Made by a program: the position numbers and the translations under genes. The notes below the pieces were generated by a model. That model searched no databases. It was not told the DNA's origin and saw nothing but the letters and a program-made list of their open reading frames with translations. A DNA stretch of 64,000 nt from Microthyrium microscopicum (taxonomy: Eukaryota), in the NCBI GenBank assembly GCA_010405405.1, contig MU004230.1, positions 1,770,627-1,834,626 on the forward strand, written 5' to 3'. Position 1 is the stretch's first letter. Each line of letters begins with the position of its first letter. Below are positions 45,901 through 56,457 of the stretch, in pieces.

Positions 45901-47296
45901 ATCCTATCAAAACCTGACCACTGTTACTGCTCTTGATAGCATCCGACTCTTGATGGGCAATGGAATCATACCCAAGCGACTGGTCGATTTCCTACAGTAT
46001 ACAAGCCCGGGTCATTCATCTTCCATTCGACTAAAGGCATTCGAATGTCTCATTGAACTTGGAGTATTTGTCCAGTCCGAGGTCATGGACTATTTCCTTG
46101 TCAGCTTTTATGAGGAACCCTCACCATATTTTCGTTCTAAGCTTTGGAAACTGATTGGACGTGGATTGGCACAGATTGCACTCAGTGTAGAAGAAGAGCC
46201 TGTTGTCGTCGAAACTGCTCAGCCAACTTTGCATTTGGAAATGGAAGCCATGGATATTGATAAACCAAAGCCACCTCCTCGAGATATCAAGACAATGGCA
46301 GAGGCTAAGGCTAATTTGAGAAAACGCATTGGTGGTCGGCAGGAGCTCGAAGATGGTCTGCTGGATGCTTTGCGTTCTCCAAAGATCAGTATCGATCATT
46401 TTCTTGATCTTCTTACAGTGTGTCGAATGCTGTATGATACAGTCAATAGACTCATTGTCAAGCTGAGATATCCCACTTACAAGACAGTCAAACACATTGG
46501 AGATGGCAAAGTGCGGTTCAGATCGACAGGTCGTTTCCGTACCACACCACACACTCGCCTCGAGGATCGATGGAAGCGTCCCTCTCCAGAGCCTGTCTCT
46601 TCGCCTCTCAAACGTCCTCATCTCGAATTCCCCGAAGACGCGCTGATCAAGACGGAAGATGCTCCAGATTTCAAACGGCCACGCCTTTCGATGGAAGAAA
46701 TACCACTCTCCAATGGAGCACCAGTAATACCTCCAATTACATTACCATCCACATCTGCTTTACCTGTACTTGCACCTCCTCGACCTACACCTCCTGCTCC
46801 ACGACCGGTATCTGCAACTCCCAAGCCTGAATCACCTGCTTCAAACTCGGCTCCCAAAAAGAAGCAGAAGCCATCCGAGAGCGTTGCCAGCGTGCCTCCT
46901 CGCAAGCCCATCACCATCAAGCCACCTAAAGTTACGAAAACAAAATCGAGAATTGTGCAGCTGCATCTGGCCCCTCGCTTGCTCTCCCGATTCCCGGTTG
47001 GTGTCTCAGGCACTCCTGGAAAGGCCGTCCCTATCTCTCCCATATCTGCCGCATCTCCTCCTTCAACACAAACTTCTGCGACACTTACACCAACCAAGGG
47101 TTCACGAATCGTGAAACTTCCCTACCCAAAAGGCTTTGACTTGGATAAAGGCAAGCACAAAACGAAGACTTCCGGTTCGCCACCGGTTCGGCCCGCTAGC
47201 ACTACTTCTGCAGTGCATATAAGCCCTCCAGCATCTATTCCTGAGACTGCTCCAAAGAAACTGATGCTCAAGCTAAATCTGGGGGCCAAGAAGTAG
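42932..47296 (+). CDS. TAF2: TFIID subunit 2 (Taf2/Tsm1), 1454 aa, intronless
   Basis: M1-aminopeptidase-like fold with degenerate metal motif (ELVHAVASQWLG); FFAQWVYGSGCP, QRFNKKKLVVE, FTGPMTIRIHEADGTPYEH, EWIRLDKDFEW, DVVAQVES and LKFNDNSNNGYSD; Pro/Lys-rich tail. Confidence 0.95.
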   Translation: MSGLPLPEDGAPPPIINTPKFTVSHQDVELDIDFSSRTIYGKTAITIDPSDKDLRAVSLRCRQLKVKSVKVDKWPVHNFQYKDAHEALKFREGFTPRQHHWIQENYDHSTMGNDLIIPLPSKMRVTPATTTLRVNNASFTPSADLSSATTPASGSDFRAFVVYIEYEAHDMRDGLHWVGLNDQDPRYPHVYTYSNSLAWTTASYMFPCVDEGNSKHPWRLSITCPRTLGDINSPSLRGSNIPHTNGLTNGVSDAMQIDVPRRETTFSEEEKAMELAVICSGFMEENDVPVQGAEYRRKWVFNCTTPVLPRHVGFAIGPFEEVDLSEYRESEQDDKMGRSVVRVHGFCLPGRADELRNTCMPLASALDKLSTSFVFYPFESESSSYKVCFVDDLSVDVVDTATLSICSTRLLVPENVIDPLYDSTRELVHAVASQWLGVKISAKSVEDSWLIIGGSYFMADWFMMTLTGRNEHRFRLKLAADKVHELDINRPSLHSMGTVLEIDPQEYDFIKLKAPTVLSILHNRILKANGRIGVNRALSRVMLDDQVGKLQNSLLETDRFIRACEKVSHGRVDTFFAQWVYGSGCPTLRIQQRFNKKKLVVEVTILQVSRDEQVLPSLNAETFMREAKEMEETFPVGLHPVLFTGPMTIRIHEADGTPYEHIVDIKELTTKVEIPYNTKYKRLKRNRRAKERAAAAAGVDISGEPQDDALLYCLGDVLQSEEEIREWDLADWSKEDEDKMNNEHFEWIRLDKDFEWITKINFNQPHYMWVSQLQQDNDVVAQVESLQYLLRQQPFPLVSTILTRTLMDTRYFYGVRVMAVHALAKNAVHELDWIGLKHLEKAFHELYCYEDSNMTRSNDFSDTRNYKIQCAIPEAMAMVRDSNGKAPDRVKKFFLDTLKFNDNSNNGYSDSHYVATLISCLAQSLAVTGDQPRRLKSLTYEELESMTMEEQDNAVQAEREQVQQDVIDAENQRAALEIIQQVRRIDEWIPSYQNLTTVTALDSIRLLMGNGIIPKRLVDFLQYTSPGHSSSIRLKAFECLIELGVFVQSEVMDYFLVSFYEEPSPYFRSKLWKLIGRGLAQIALSVEEEPVVVETAQPTLHLEMEAMDIDKPKPPPRDIKTMAEAKANLRKRIGGRQELEDGLLDALRSPKISIDHFLDLLTVCRMLYDTVNRLIVKLRYPTYKTVKHIGDGKVRFRSTGRFRTTPHTRLEDRWKRPSPEPVSSPLKRPHLEFPEDALIKTEDAPDFKRPRLSMEEIPLSNGAPVIPPITLPSTSALPVLAPPRPTPPAPRPVSATPKPESPASNSAPKKKQKPSESVASVPPRKPITIKPPKVTKTKSRIVQLHLAPRLLSRFPVGVSGTPGKAVPISPISAASPPSTQTSATLTPTKGSRIVKLPYPKGFDLDKGKHKTKTSGSPPVRPASTTSAVHISPPASIPETAPKKLMLKLNLGAKK

Positions 47297-48116
47297 CGTT
47301 AACTTGGCCTCAGAATATTGTCTTTCTCACCACAAAAGACCCACGGAGAAATTGCCGGTGTCGGTATAGTTCGGTATGATCGGATTGTGATCCCCGTGAA
47401 GGATCTTGAAGGCTGTTGTTCAGTCAGGTCTCTGTCATGCGGACCTGAATAAGGAAAAAGCATCACATGCGTAATTTTTTCTTCTACCTGCATTGCATTG
47501 GCGTTGGGTGCCCACATCTGGGCTAAATTCATTATTTTTGTATACTTAGTTATAAATTCCCCCGTCTTGATGGTAGATCCAAATGGTGAAAATCTAGACC
47601 ATTGGTTTTGACGCTCTTCCTTGTTGTCATGTCATCTGAGCGAGCGGCGCTGCAGGTTCGCTGTGCGCAATGCTCCCCGTCGTGATAGCACGTTGCTCCC
47701 CTGCTCGGTCGCGCGTTTGCTGCTAATCCTGTCAATCTACTGCAGCGTTCACTCGTTAGCTGCTTCTGTAAGACGTGTATACGCGGTAGTGTCAGATTCC
47801 CTGTGTGAGGCTGCCGCTGTCCATCGTACGTGCGTTTAAGTCTACTGGGGAGTGGATCCTGTTTCCTCTAGTATCGTATTTCGTGAATTAGCCGTCGCTG
47901 TTATCTAGAATGCCATTTTGTCTTCTTATGATACCACTTTGAAGTTGTCTCTTTCATTCTTTCTCTCCTCTACTACTCTTGTTCGGACTTAACCAAACTG
48001 ATTCACCAGCCGTCTTTTGTATCACTGATCCAGACGCACAGAAACATCAATCAGCAATCTAACGGAAGCAGCAAAAACTATCCGTTACAAACCTCCAGCA
48101 TTCGCTAGCCGCAACT

Positions 48117-48794
48117 ATGTCTGACGCTTCCACACTAGCCTCTAACTTCGCCAAAGTTATACCCCTTACCCGGGAAACCGCATGCGCAATCCGTAACTGG
48201 AATCAGACGCCATACCAGTATGCTCCGCCCAACTACACCCGTCTCATGGACCTCTTTGTCCGCTTCCTGGAAGAGTGGGCCGTTGCCATGGGTCCAAATG
48301 ACACCCGACAAGCAGCACAACGGCAACTCGAGGCATGCTTGAATGGCAAACGATCTGGCAAGACTCTTAGCGTGAACAACGACCTGGCCGTGGTGATAGG
48401 TCTATGTATGCCCAGTCATCCATCTAGTCAATAGCGATTACCCACAGAGCTAACCGTGAAGACAGTAGAGTTACGCGGCGGTTGGGCGGCGATTCTGAAG
48501 CGGTTTGATCGAGTCGTGGAGAAGGCTGAAGACGACGACACACGGCGACACACCACAGTCTATCAATATAGACAAGGCTTACCGACGGTACTGCAGATTG
48601 TGATGGTGCAGTTGGCAGTGTTGGAGAAGATGGCTTTTGAGGTGCCGGAGGTCTGTGAACAGGATTTCAGGCCAGAGTACTTTCGGAAGCTAGTACTGGA
48701 CATAAGTTGTGAGTTGATAGAGGAAGAACTACCAGCAGTAGTGGAGAGGGTAAGATTCCCTTGCCAACCAGCATTTCTGGACGACATCCGATGA
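48117..48794 (+). CDS. orphan helical protein A, ~205 aa, two exons
   Basis: Exons 48117-48405 and 48466-48794. Phase-1 intron 48406-48465 (GTATGC...CTAAC...CAG) joins ORFs 48117..48434 and 48456..48794. Confidence 0.7.
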
Positions 48795-48815
48795 AAGCAG
48801 AAAACATCATTTCTC

Positions 48816-48885
48816 CCATCGCACTTGATGGCCACCATAGAATTCGTTCCTGATCGAGTGCAATGGTGGCCATCGGGTGCGATGG
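48816..48885. repeat. 23-bp inverted repeat (hairpin, 24-nt loop)
   Basis: Left arm 48816-48838 CCATCGCACTTGATGGCCACCAT; right arm 48863-48885 ATGGTGGCCATCGGGTGCGATGG. 21 Watson-Crick pairs plus two positions that are U-G wobbles in the + strand RNA. Confidence 0.9.
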
Positions 48886-49212
48886 AAGGTTCGAGTTGCA
48901 CCATTTAAAGACCAAATGGGCTTTTCAAGGCATGTCAACTCTGATCGTGTGCCTGTACTAACAAATTCCAGCCTGAAGAGCCAGCGATAGCGACGAACGG
49001 GACATGAGCTGATACAAATGGGAATCATGGATTGGTAAGACTTGGAGGCTTCACTGCACAGTGGTTGTATAAACGATATAATTGACTTATAATTGAGTTA
49101 AATTGACTGAACACCAGTCACAGATACTGTCACTCCATTGCCATTATGTGTTCAAAATCAGTTGACCTTCACAAACCAGTTCCCTTGCCAACCTTGACGT
49201 ACATGTCCAGAA

Positions 49213-49954
49213 CTATGGGTACCATAGAGGATCTGCATCATCGCGCCAACTATACTGTTTTCCATGAATAGCAATCTTTTCAGATCGATTCTTGCGGCAC
49301 AGGCTACAACATTCTCGATTATCGTCTGGCATCGTTTCGACAGATGTCTTAGAGCACAACTGGTACTTTGTATCCTCCACACTGTCGTTGGTGTCTGCCA
49401 TTTTGCGCTGCAGCTTTTCCAATTCCCGTCCAGTCCAAACTTTCGGCGCTGACCATGTTGCATGGTCGGTCACCATAAATGTTGTAAGCCTCAACAAGAT
49501 CTGGAATCCTTTGTTGATATCATCGTGTTCATCTGTGAGTTGTGTGGAACGGTTAATGAAGTGGTCGGCCCAGTACTTCTTCGTATACTTGGCTTGCTCC
49601 ATATTAGTCGTTGCTATATGAGTGCTTTTATTCTTACGTACCATAAGATAACGTCTCGCGAAGAGTATCGTACAAGTTATCGCGACCGACGTAGCCAATA
49701 TCGATCAATTTGGCGTTGGGCTCGTCATTGTCTTGATTGCAGGTGGCCAATAATTTGGCAGATGCACCTTTCCATTCCTTTATGAATTTTGTAAATAGTT
49801 CAGGTAGCGTATAGAAGGGAGTGCAATAACATGGCGTAACAATGAGAGGAGCAGCTTCTGCCACGATCGTTTGAAGTTCAGAGGCCTCTTTTATTACCTC
49901 TGCGATAGAGGCTTGGATAGCGGATATGTCGTTCTTGACTTGCCGTGAGGCCAT
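49213..49954 (-). CDS. orphan helical protein B, ~230 aa, two exons, probable distant paralogue of protein A
   Basis: Exons 49954-49642 and 49592-49213. Phase-1 intron 49641-49593 (GTACGT...CTAAT...AAG) joins ORFs 49634..49954 and 49213..49698. Confidence 0.68.
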
Positions 49955-50828
49955 TTCGGATTTTGTTTCCGCACTACAGCCTGAAGGTTTTTAGGTTAAC
50001 AAAAGGATTACTGAACAAGATGAGGACTGTAGTTTCCCGTGGGTTATTTTAAAAGACTTGCGGCGAGAAGTATCGTCCTAAGTATCACCTAAACTTCTTG
50101 TGCGTTTGATCAATCAATCACTCTGGGCAATTTGGGTACCCGCCTAAGTAGATGTGTAAGTGGTGAAGCGTGTAAAGGTGAACTAGCTATTGCTTTGCTG
50201 GAGACAACACTAGCCGGCATCTGCCGTCGAATCAATGGCAAGTATAGCATCTCTTTTTGAAAAGAGATGGTGGGAGCCATCGGCGTTGATGGGAGTGCGC
50301 CGTTTATGTTGGCATGTCGTTGGCAGCGTGCTAGGATCAGCACTTTCCTAAGGAAATGCAATAATATATATCCGGAAGTGTTCTATTGAAGCCTGTAGCC
50401 CAATCGCGGCACCAGTGCGATTCTATCCCGTTCGTGCCAGCCTAGACCTAGTTTCGCCAAAAATGGTAGCCTGATTTTGCAGCTTTAGCAATATTCAACA
50501 CTTATTCTTGCCCCTCTTCCAACCTGCTTCGATATAAGAGCGTAGCTCCTGGGAGCCAACGAGGCTGATAGGAGCGCGCCTTGATTTCGTTGGTGTGGCA
50601 GACCCAGGATCGAGAAATTACAGCCTGATAGGTCAGCCTCGCAGCTTCCACAAGCGAATCACGCTCCTGCTCAATACAGTCAATGCATTTGATTGGGTTA
50701 AGGAAGGAGCGAACTCACCCACTAGACCTAAAGAGGTCGAGCCTCTTCTTTACTCCATCTTTTGGTCTGCTGCGACGAGAAGCATTGCGACAACCAAGCA
50801 CCATCATTCGCAGCCGTTCAAAGTCATT

Positions 50829-51696
50829 ATGTCTCGTCCACAGAAGCCACGCGTAATTACTATGCGAGATATGCAGGTGGTATATCTCATTTTCGAACCA
50901 ATTTTCAAGCCACACGCCTCTCTCAAAAACATACACACAGTCCGAGTAAAGGTTGAGGCAGCCCGCCAGTCCTTACCAGGCGCACGCGATCTAACCAATT
51001 TTTACGGGATCGATCTCCTTGTTCAAATACTTCTACGCCTGCTTACGGAAGGCCACTTTCATCAGTCCATCTTTCAAGCACAAGAGCTGATGCCCGCGGA
51101 AGCAGCTGTGCCGGTCACCGTACACGAAAATATAGGTCAGCATAGCCACAAAGCTATCGTCGCTTGTAATATCTACTGACATTTTTGTAGTCCGAATAGT
51201 CGACAGCAATAAATACTGGCCTACCATCCAACAAATCATCATCACCAATCTCAACCGCCTCGCCCTGGAATGCTGTTTCGAATTCGGGAGAGAAGTCGTC
51301 CCGGATCATCTAGCAATCAACGGGTTTTCATTCACAGGCTCCGGTAACCTTGAGGACTGGACGAGGTTTTTTATCAGTCTGTTCGATCACGGCCTCCTTG
51401 ACAAAGGGCTCCTAGCCTGCAATATGGCCGACCCGCCAAGGAAACTTCAACCAGTGCTCGTCCTCGATGAGCTAATTCAGCTTACATCGCCGCAGCTTTC
51501 AATGCAGAAGATTTGCTTGGTCGTAGACATCGCTGCAGAGTTCATGGCAGTGATGCACGACATAGTTCGCTTTGGGCAAGTCCTGAAATTGAGAGACGAG
51601 TTGAGCCACCATATGAAGAAAGAGACGGCGCAGACTCGGGATGAGTGGGTAAGGCTTAGGAATGCCGTAATCAAAGTCTTTGAGCTGAAGGACTGA
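50829..51696 (+). CDS. hypothetical helical protein, ~270 aa, two exons
   Basis: Exons 50829-51135 and 51191-51696. Intron 51136-51190 (GTCAGC...CTGAC...TAG) restores frame into ORF 51424..51696; contains LNRLALECCFEFG...GNLEDW. Confidence 0.68.
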
Positions 51697-52753
51697 CGAA
51701 GATGAATTGTATGATCAATCGCATTTTTTGCAGAATAGAAGCGGGCTTCTGTCAATCAAGAAGGCTGCTGTCATATCTTAAAGGATTGAGCGTCTCCTCC
51801 TTTTTACGTGTTTCTGATGGGAAAGCATGCATGATCAACGAAAGAATGAAGCCGTTACTAAACATAAAGTTGATCCACTTCGCGTGAAACCTTTAATTTG
51901 ACATTGGAGTCTTCTAGGTCTGTTTGTCTTTCTTCTTCTTTCAAGGAGCAGAACCCTTTTGCCATCTCGCAGAGCTCACTACCATATTCCAACTCGATCA
52001 AGGATTTATTCTAGAACAAGGAGGTGAGAGATGGAGCGCCTGCTCAATCTAATAGGTCTCAACGATTGCACAAAAGCGACAGATCGTTTGTTCCCTTTAT
52101 CTAATGATTATACTATAACACTGGGGATGTGCATGAGGTTTTGTGCAGCTTTCTTTGATCTTGTTCCGAATCTTATTATTTGCTATGACAACCAGAAGCT
52201 GAAAATCCATTCTCATCCGATCGTATCCAATACGAGCTGAGCACATATGTTATCAAAGCCAGAGATATCATATTCTGTATCATGAGTACGGATGGTCCTC
52301 GATCGCTTTCCTGCTGTTGCAAGTTGAGTAGCCTTCAGAAATAGAGAACTTGCCATATCCATCGTTACATCAATAAAAGGGTCAGTTCTACGACTCTCTA
52401 TAGCAGATATTTCACTAAAGGTCTGTAAGGGTTTTCGGATATTGTGATTGACTGTCATTCATCACGCGCGTTTGTCGATTGATATGCAACCTTGTCCTTG
52501 ACGAAGGCAAAAAGTCTATGGTCTGAACATCAGCGAATGAGACAACCACAGAATCAAAATACACCAGGCGGGAAACAGAGCAGAGGTGTCAATGAATGCA
52601 TTGTAGGTATATGGTCAATCCAACGCCAAATATAAAATGCTAAACCCAGCGGTGATGCTTCTCCAACGCCAGGAAATGCATACAATTTCCCAAATCGCCG
52701 TGGCAATGGGTATACAAACAAGAGTGACTGAGTCATTTTAGCATCGATGTGCC

Positions 52754-55700
52754 TCACTTGAGTCCAAATCCTTCACTTTCTACAACAGCATACCAGAACT
52801 TCCTGATAAATGACCGTCTTGAAGAGTAGTTCCATAGCTGTAGCATGTTGAAGCATGTACGGGCTTGTGGTAATCTATCATCCTCAGTGCCCAAGCATTG
52901 GATGCGAATTGTCAGACTACCAGCAGCTGGTATTCGATCGCTACCAGTGATCCAGCGTAGGACTCGACGTTGATCATCAACTTCGGAAAGTTCCATGAGT
53001 TCCCAAAACCACTTGACCACGGGGAAGCGAGTCTCGACTTCATCTCCTTTGGTGATGTCTTTGTCTGTGTCATCATCTTTCCAGTTTTCATAAACAGCTG
53101 TGCCGCGGAGGATGTTGAAGTCGAGTTCACCAGAGCCTCTAATGAGCAATTCAATCTCCTCGCCGCGAAACAGGGATAGTGCATTGCCGCCACAAACATT
53201 GAAAAAGCCTCGAGCAAAAGGCTCAAACTGGCGTCGGACGGCTTTGTCTAGCAGGTAATCGACGTACAAGTCGACATACTCCTCCCTATTCTTCTTATTG
53301 ACCACCCGGTTCTCTCCGCCGGGTCCAAGAGAAACCTGCTGTATTTTGCCGTAGTTGACTGTGTCAATTTGAAAATAGGCCCCGATATCCTCCGCAACAT
53401 TGCCGTCATAGTCTAGAATCTGTTGCAGATTTCGTGCGAGAGCAGGATCGTATTGGGCTAAATCCCCAATGTCTGGTCGCCAGGTTGGCCGCCAACCCTG
53501 ATGAATTTCTGCGCCCATGCCTTGTGGTGCTGCAGCAGCAAGTTTGCGGAAAAGGAATGGTGGAAATGGAACATCCAAGATTGTAAAGTTGTATATGGCG
53601 AGGCCAAGAACAGCTCCAACTAGCTGATACTGTTCAGACGATTCTAAAGAGCTAGGATTGAAGTAGCAAAAATTTGTTTCTTCATTGTAAAGAAAGAGGC
53701 CTAGCAAGAACGTGTTAGTTGGACCAAGAAACGATATATCAAAACTTACCAACATCCGGATCGAGCAGTTCCTTGACCAAGAGAAGGAACCACTCTTTCC
53801 GCAAACCGCCGGCATCAATTCCATCTTCTCCCTCGAAATGGACTTTTAATGCTTTCTTGGCTTCTTCTTCAGAGGAACTAATTGCTTCAGATATTCGCTG
53901 TAGGCTGTCTTCGATGATGCATTTCCGACGAATGTTGAGATGAAAGTACTTGTCCGCACTGGTATTCCGAAGAATAGAATCGAAAAACTCCTGCCTAGCC
54001 TTGCTAGCCATCTTCTTCCGGGCATCGAATTCGAGGATCTGGATCTTGGTTCCAAGAGTAAGAAGAAAGGGATATTGGCTCAAATGAAGGCCTTCCTCTT
54101 TCTTTTCCCATTCATCAAAGTCCCTTCGGGGGTTGAATCTCTCCTCAGAGTCAAGTTGAGAGTTGTAAAAGTGCTCGGTTGATATGAGTTGTTTGACACT
54201 GGGTCGTCGTTTTGTTGATGATGGACCGTTACTGTATGGCTTGCTTGATATGGACTTCGCGTGAAAATGGTCATTTGCTCGGACAAAAAGCTGGAGAACT
54301 TTGCAAGCGGCTCGCAGTTGCCAATCTTGAGACCGAGAGGCTTTTGTAGGAACAAATTCTGTTTGTAGCATATCGTTAAACATTTGAGACGTCGGAATGC
54401 CGTTGTAGTTCGCAGACTTTTTGTCTTTTCGATGTTCTCTTGTGCTGTTGTATCGTAGGGAGACCCTCTCATTAATGAACTCGAGAATCATGTCTGCATG
54501 TTTCCGGAACAGGTCTTCAGGATAGCGAGATAGCCATCCGGTTATGTAAGTGTGACATTCCAAAGGTAAATTCGCGATTGACCCAAGGATTAGTGACAGC
54601 ACCCTTGATCGTTTAGAAGGGTTCCAGAGTGCCTTGGACCCGTTTCGAGGAGGAGAATTTTGTTGTCTTGACTTCCCAGGAGAATTGTTTGAGTTGGGCA
54701 GAGTGGCGCTTCGAGTTCTTCGTGATCCTCTTACTGGGTAATCATTTGGACTGAGCAGAAGAGGGTTGGCCATCAAAATGAGTAAGTAGCGGATGTCTTC
54801 CGTTTCTTCTGGTGGTTCTTGAGGGGACACTAGTACTTGCTCGGCTAAATCGAGAACGGTACTTCGAATGTGAAATCGTAAATCTTCTATGATTTGTGCA
54901 TGACGGCTTGCTTGGTCCTTTTCGAATTTTCCAGCATCGGATTTAGTATTTTTTAGTTCTGTCGGCTCGTTTGATTTTGAACCACTGTTTAATATCACAT
55001 CATACCACTTCTGAAGTAACCTCCAATCGATATGGGGCGATCCCTGACTGACATATTTTGGGCCATTTGTGTCCCCAGTTGACTGTTTCTTTGATGGGGA
55101 CGAACGTTCCGTGACCTGGATTTTGTTAGTACATAGCCATCGCGGTAGGTTGTGAGGACAGGATTTGAAAGACAACATTTTTCAATCGAGCTATCAAATG
55201 TCCTGGCAGCCACAGCTGATTTGAAATTTCGAAGGTCGTCATGGAAATGTGCTCTGATATGGGGGGAACTCTTACCAATGATGTTGCAACGTCATAGACA
55301 TCTCCGATCATTAGATCTTTATGGTCCATTTGCGATATTTTGGGAGGAGGAGTAGTACTTCGGATTTCCTGAGAGACCTTGGAAACATGCCGCGCGGGAT
55401 GCTCATTGGCTGATCTGCCATTGTGATGTCGCCGTATTGTACTGAACGAGCCATTTAGGTTGTTCCGGCGGAAGTTCTCCATCAAATAATCAAACAAGGG
55501 GCGAAATGATTCACGTAATGGATCAGGGCGAGCCCGTCTGGATTGGATATGATCATTAGCCTTGGGGCTTGGTGTACTCGTATTCATACTCCAAGCTGGT
55601 GGTAATGGGGGAAGGTTAGTCGTAAGCCTTGCAGGACTAGGCAAAGGGCTCGAATCTCCTCTCCTGGGTGGATTCAGACCATTCAAAGCGAGTGGCCCGG

Positions 55701-56457
55701 GTGAATTTCTACGATTGCTTCGTTTTGCCTGTCCATTTGGTGGTGTTCCCTGAAAAATGACAGAGGGTCTGGAGGTATCCGGGGCGCTTCCACGACGCTG
55801 GTTAAGCTGCAGAGGTCCTTTTGGAGGTGGAATAAGCATGGATTGACGAGCTATTATATCAAGATTTGCGCGTCCTGGCGCGAGTCTGTTTGTGTTTGGT
55901 CCAACTGCTATGCTCTCAGATTTGCGCTCATCCATTCGTTTTAGACCGTCAGTGATTGAATGATCCAAGACATCTTGTGCGCGACTAATAGACAATGGTC
56001 GTAGATTCCTTTCATGGTCGGATCGCTGAGTTGGTGTTTTGAGATTGTTTATAGTCGAACATTGGTCGCATCGCCATGTTGAAGTTGAACCGGTCTGAAA
56101 TGCCTTTGAACAAGTTCGACATTTGCCTTTTATAAGCGGTCTACTGGGTTCTGGTACTATTTCCGTTTCTGTCGGGCTATGAGAGTACTCGACAACTGGA
56201 AAGCCATAGTCGTCCGTCTCACTAAAGACATTATCTCCGAACGCCGTGGTCCTTCTCTTCGCGGTGGTAAAGTAGGAATCAGATGTGGTGCGATCTATAA
56301 CTGGAGGAGTTGGAAGGTGAGACGCCGGTTGGCTATTCTCATGCCTTCGCTTGTCGCTAGACGATCTCCCACGCGTTTTCTTGGTTGCGCCATCTTGGGC
56401 GGTATTGGCCTTGGATCCACCAGACGAAAGGAGCTTCCCCAAAGCTAGAGACGGCAT
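52754..56457 (-). CDS. HUL4: HECT-type E3 ubiquitin ligase (Hul4-like), ~1164 aa
   Basis: Exons 56457-55276, 55115-53750 and 53700-52754 (introns 55275-55116 and 53749-53701). HECT motifs IRRKCIIEDSL, FEGEDGIDAGGLRKEWF, GLAIYN, LFRGEEIELLIRGS, ITGSDRIP, catalytic LPQARTCFN and terminal EGFGLK. Hul4 orthology is inferred from architecture. Confidence 0.9.

Noticed and set aside
52031..52458. Short ORFs on both strands downstream of HUL4
   Set aside because: No homology or splice support.
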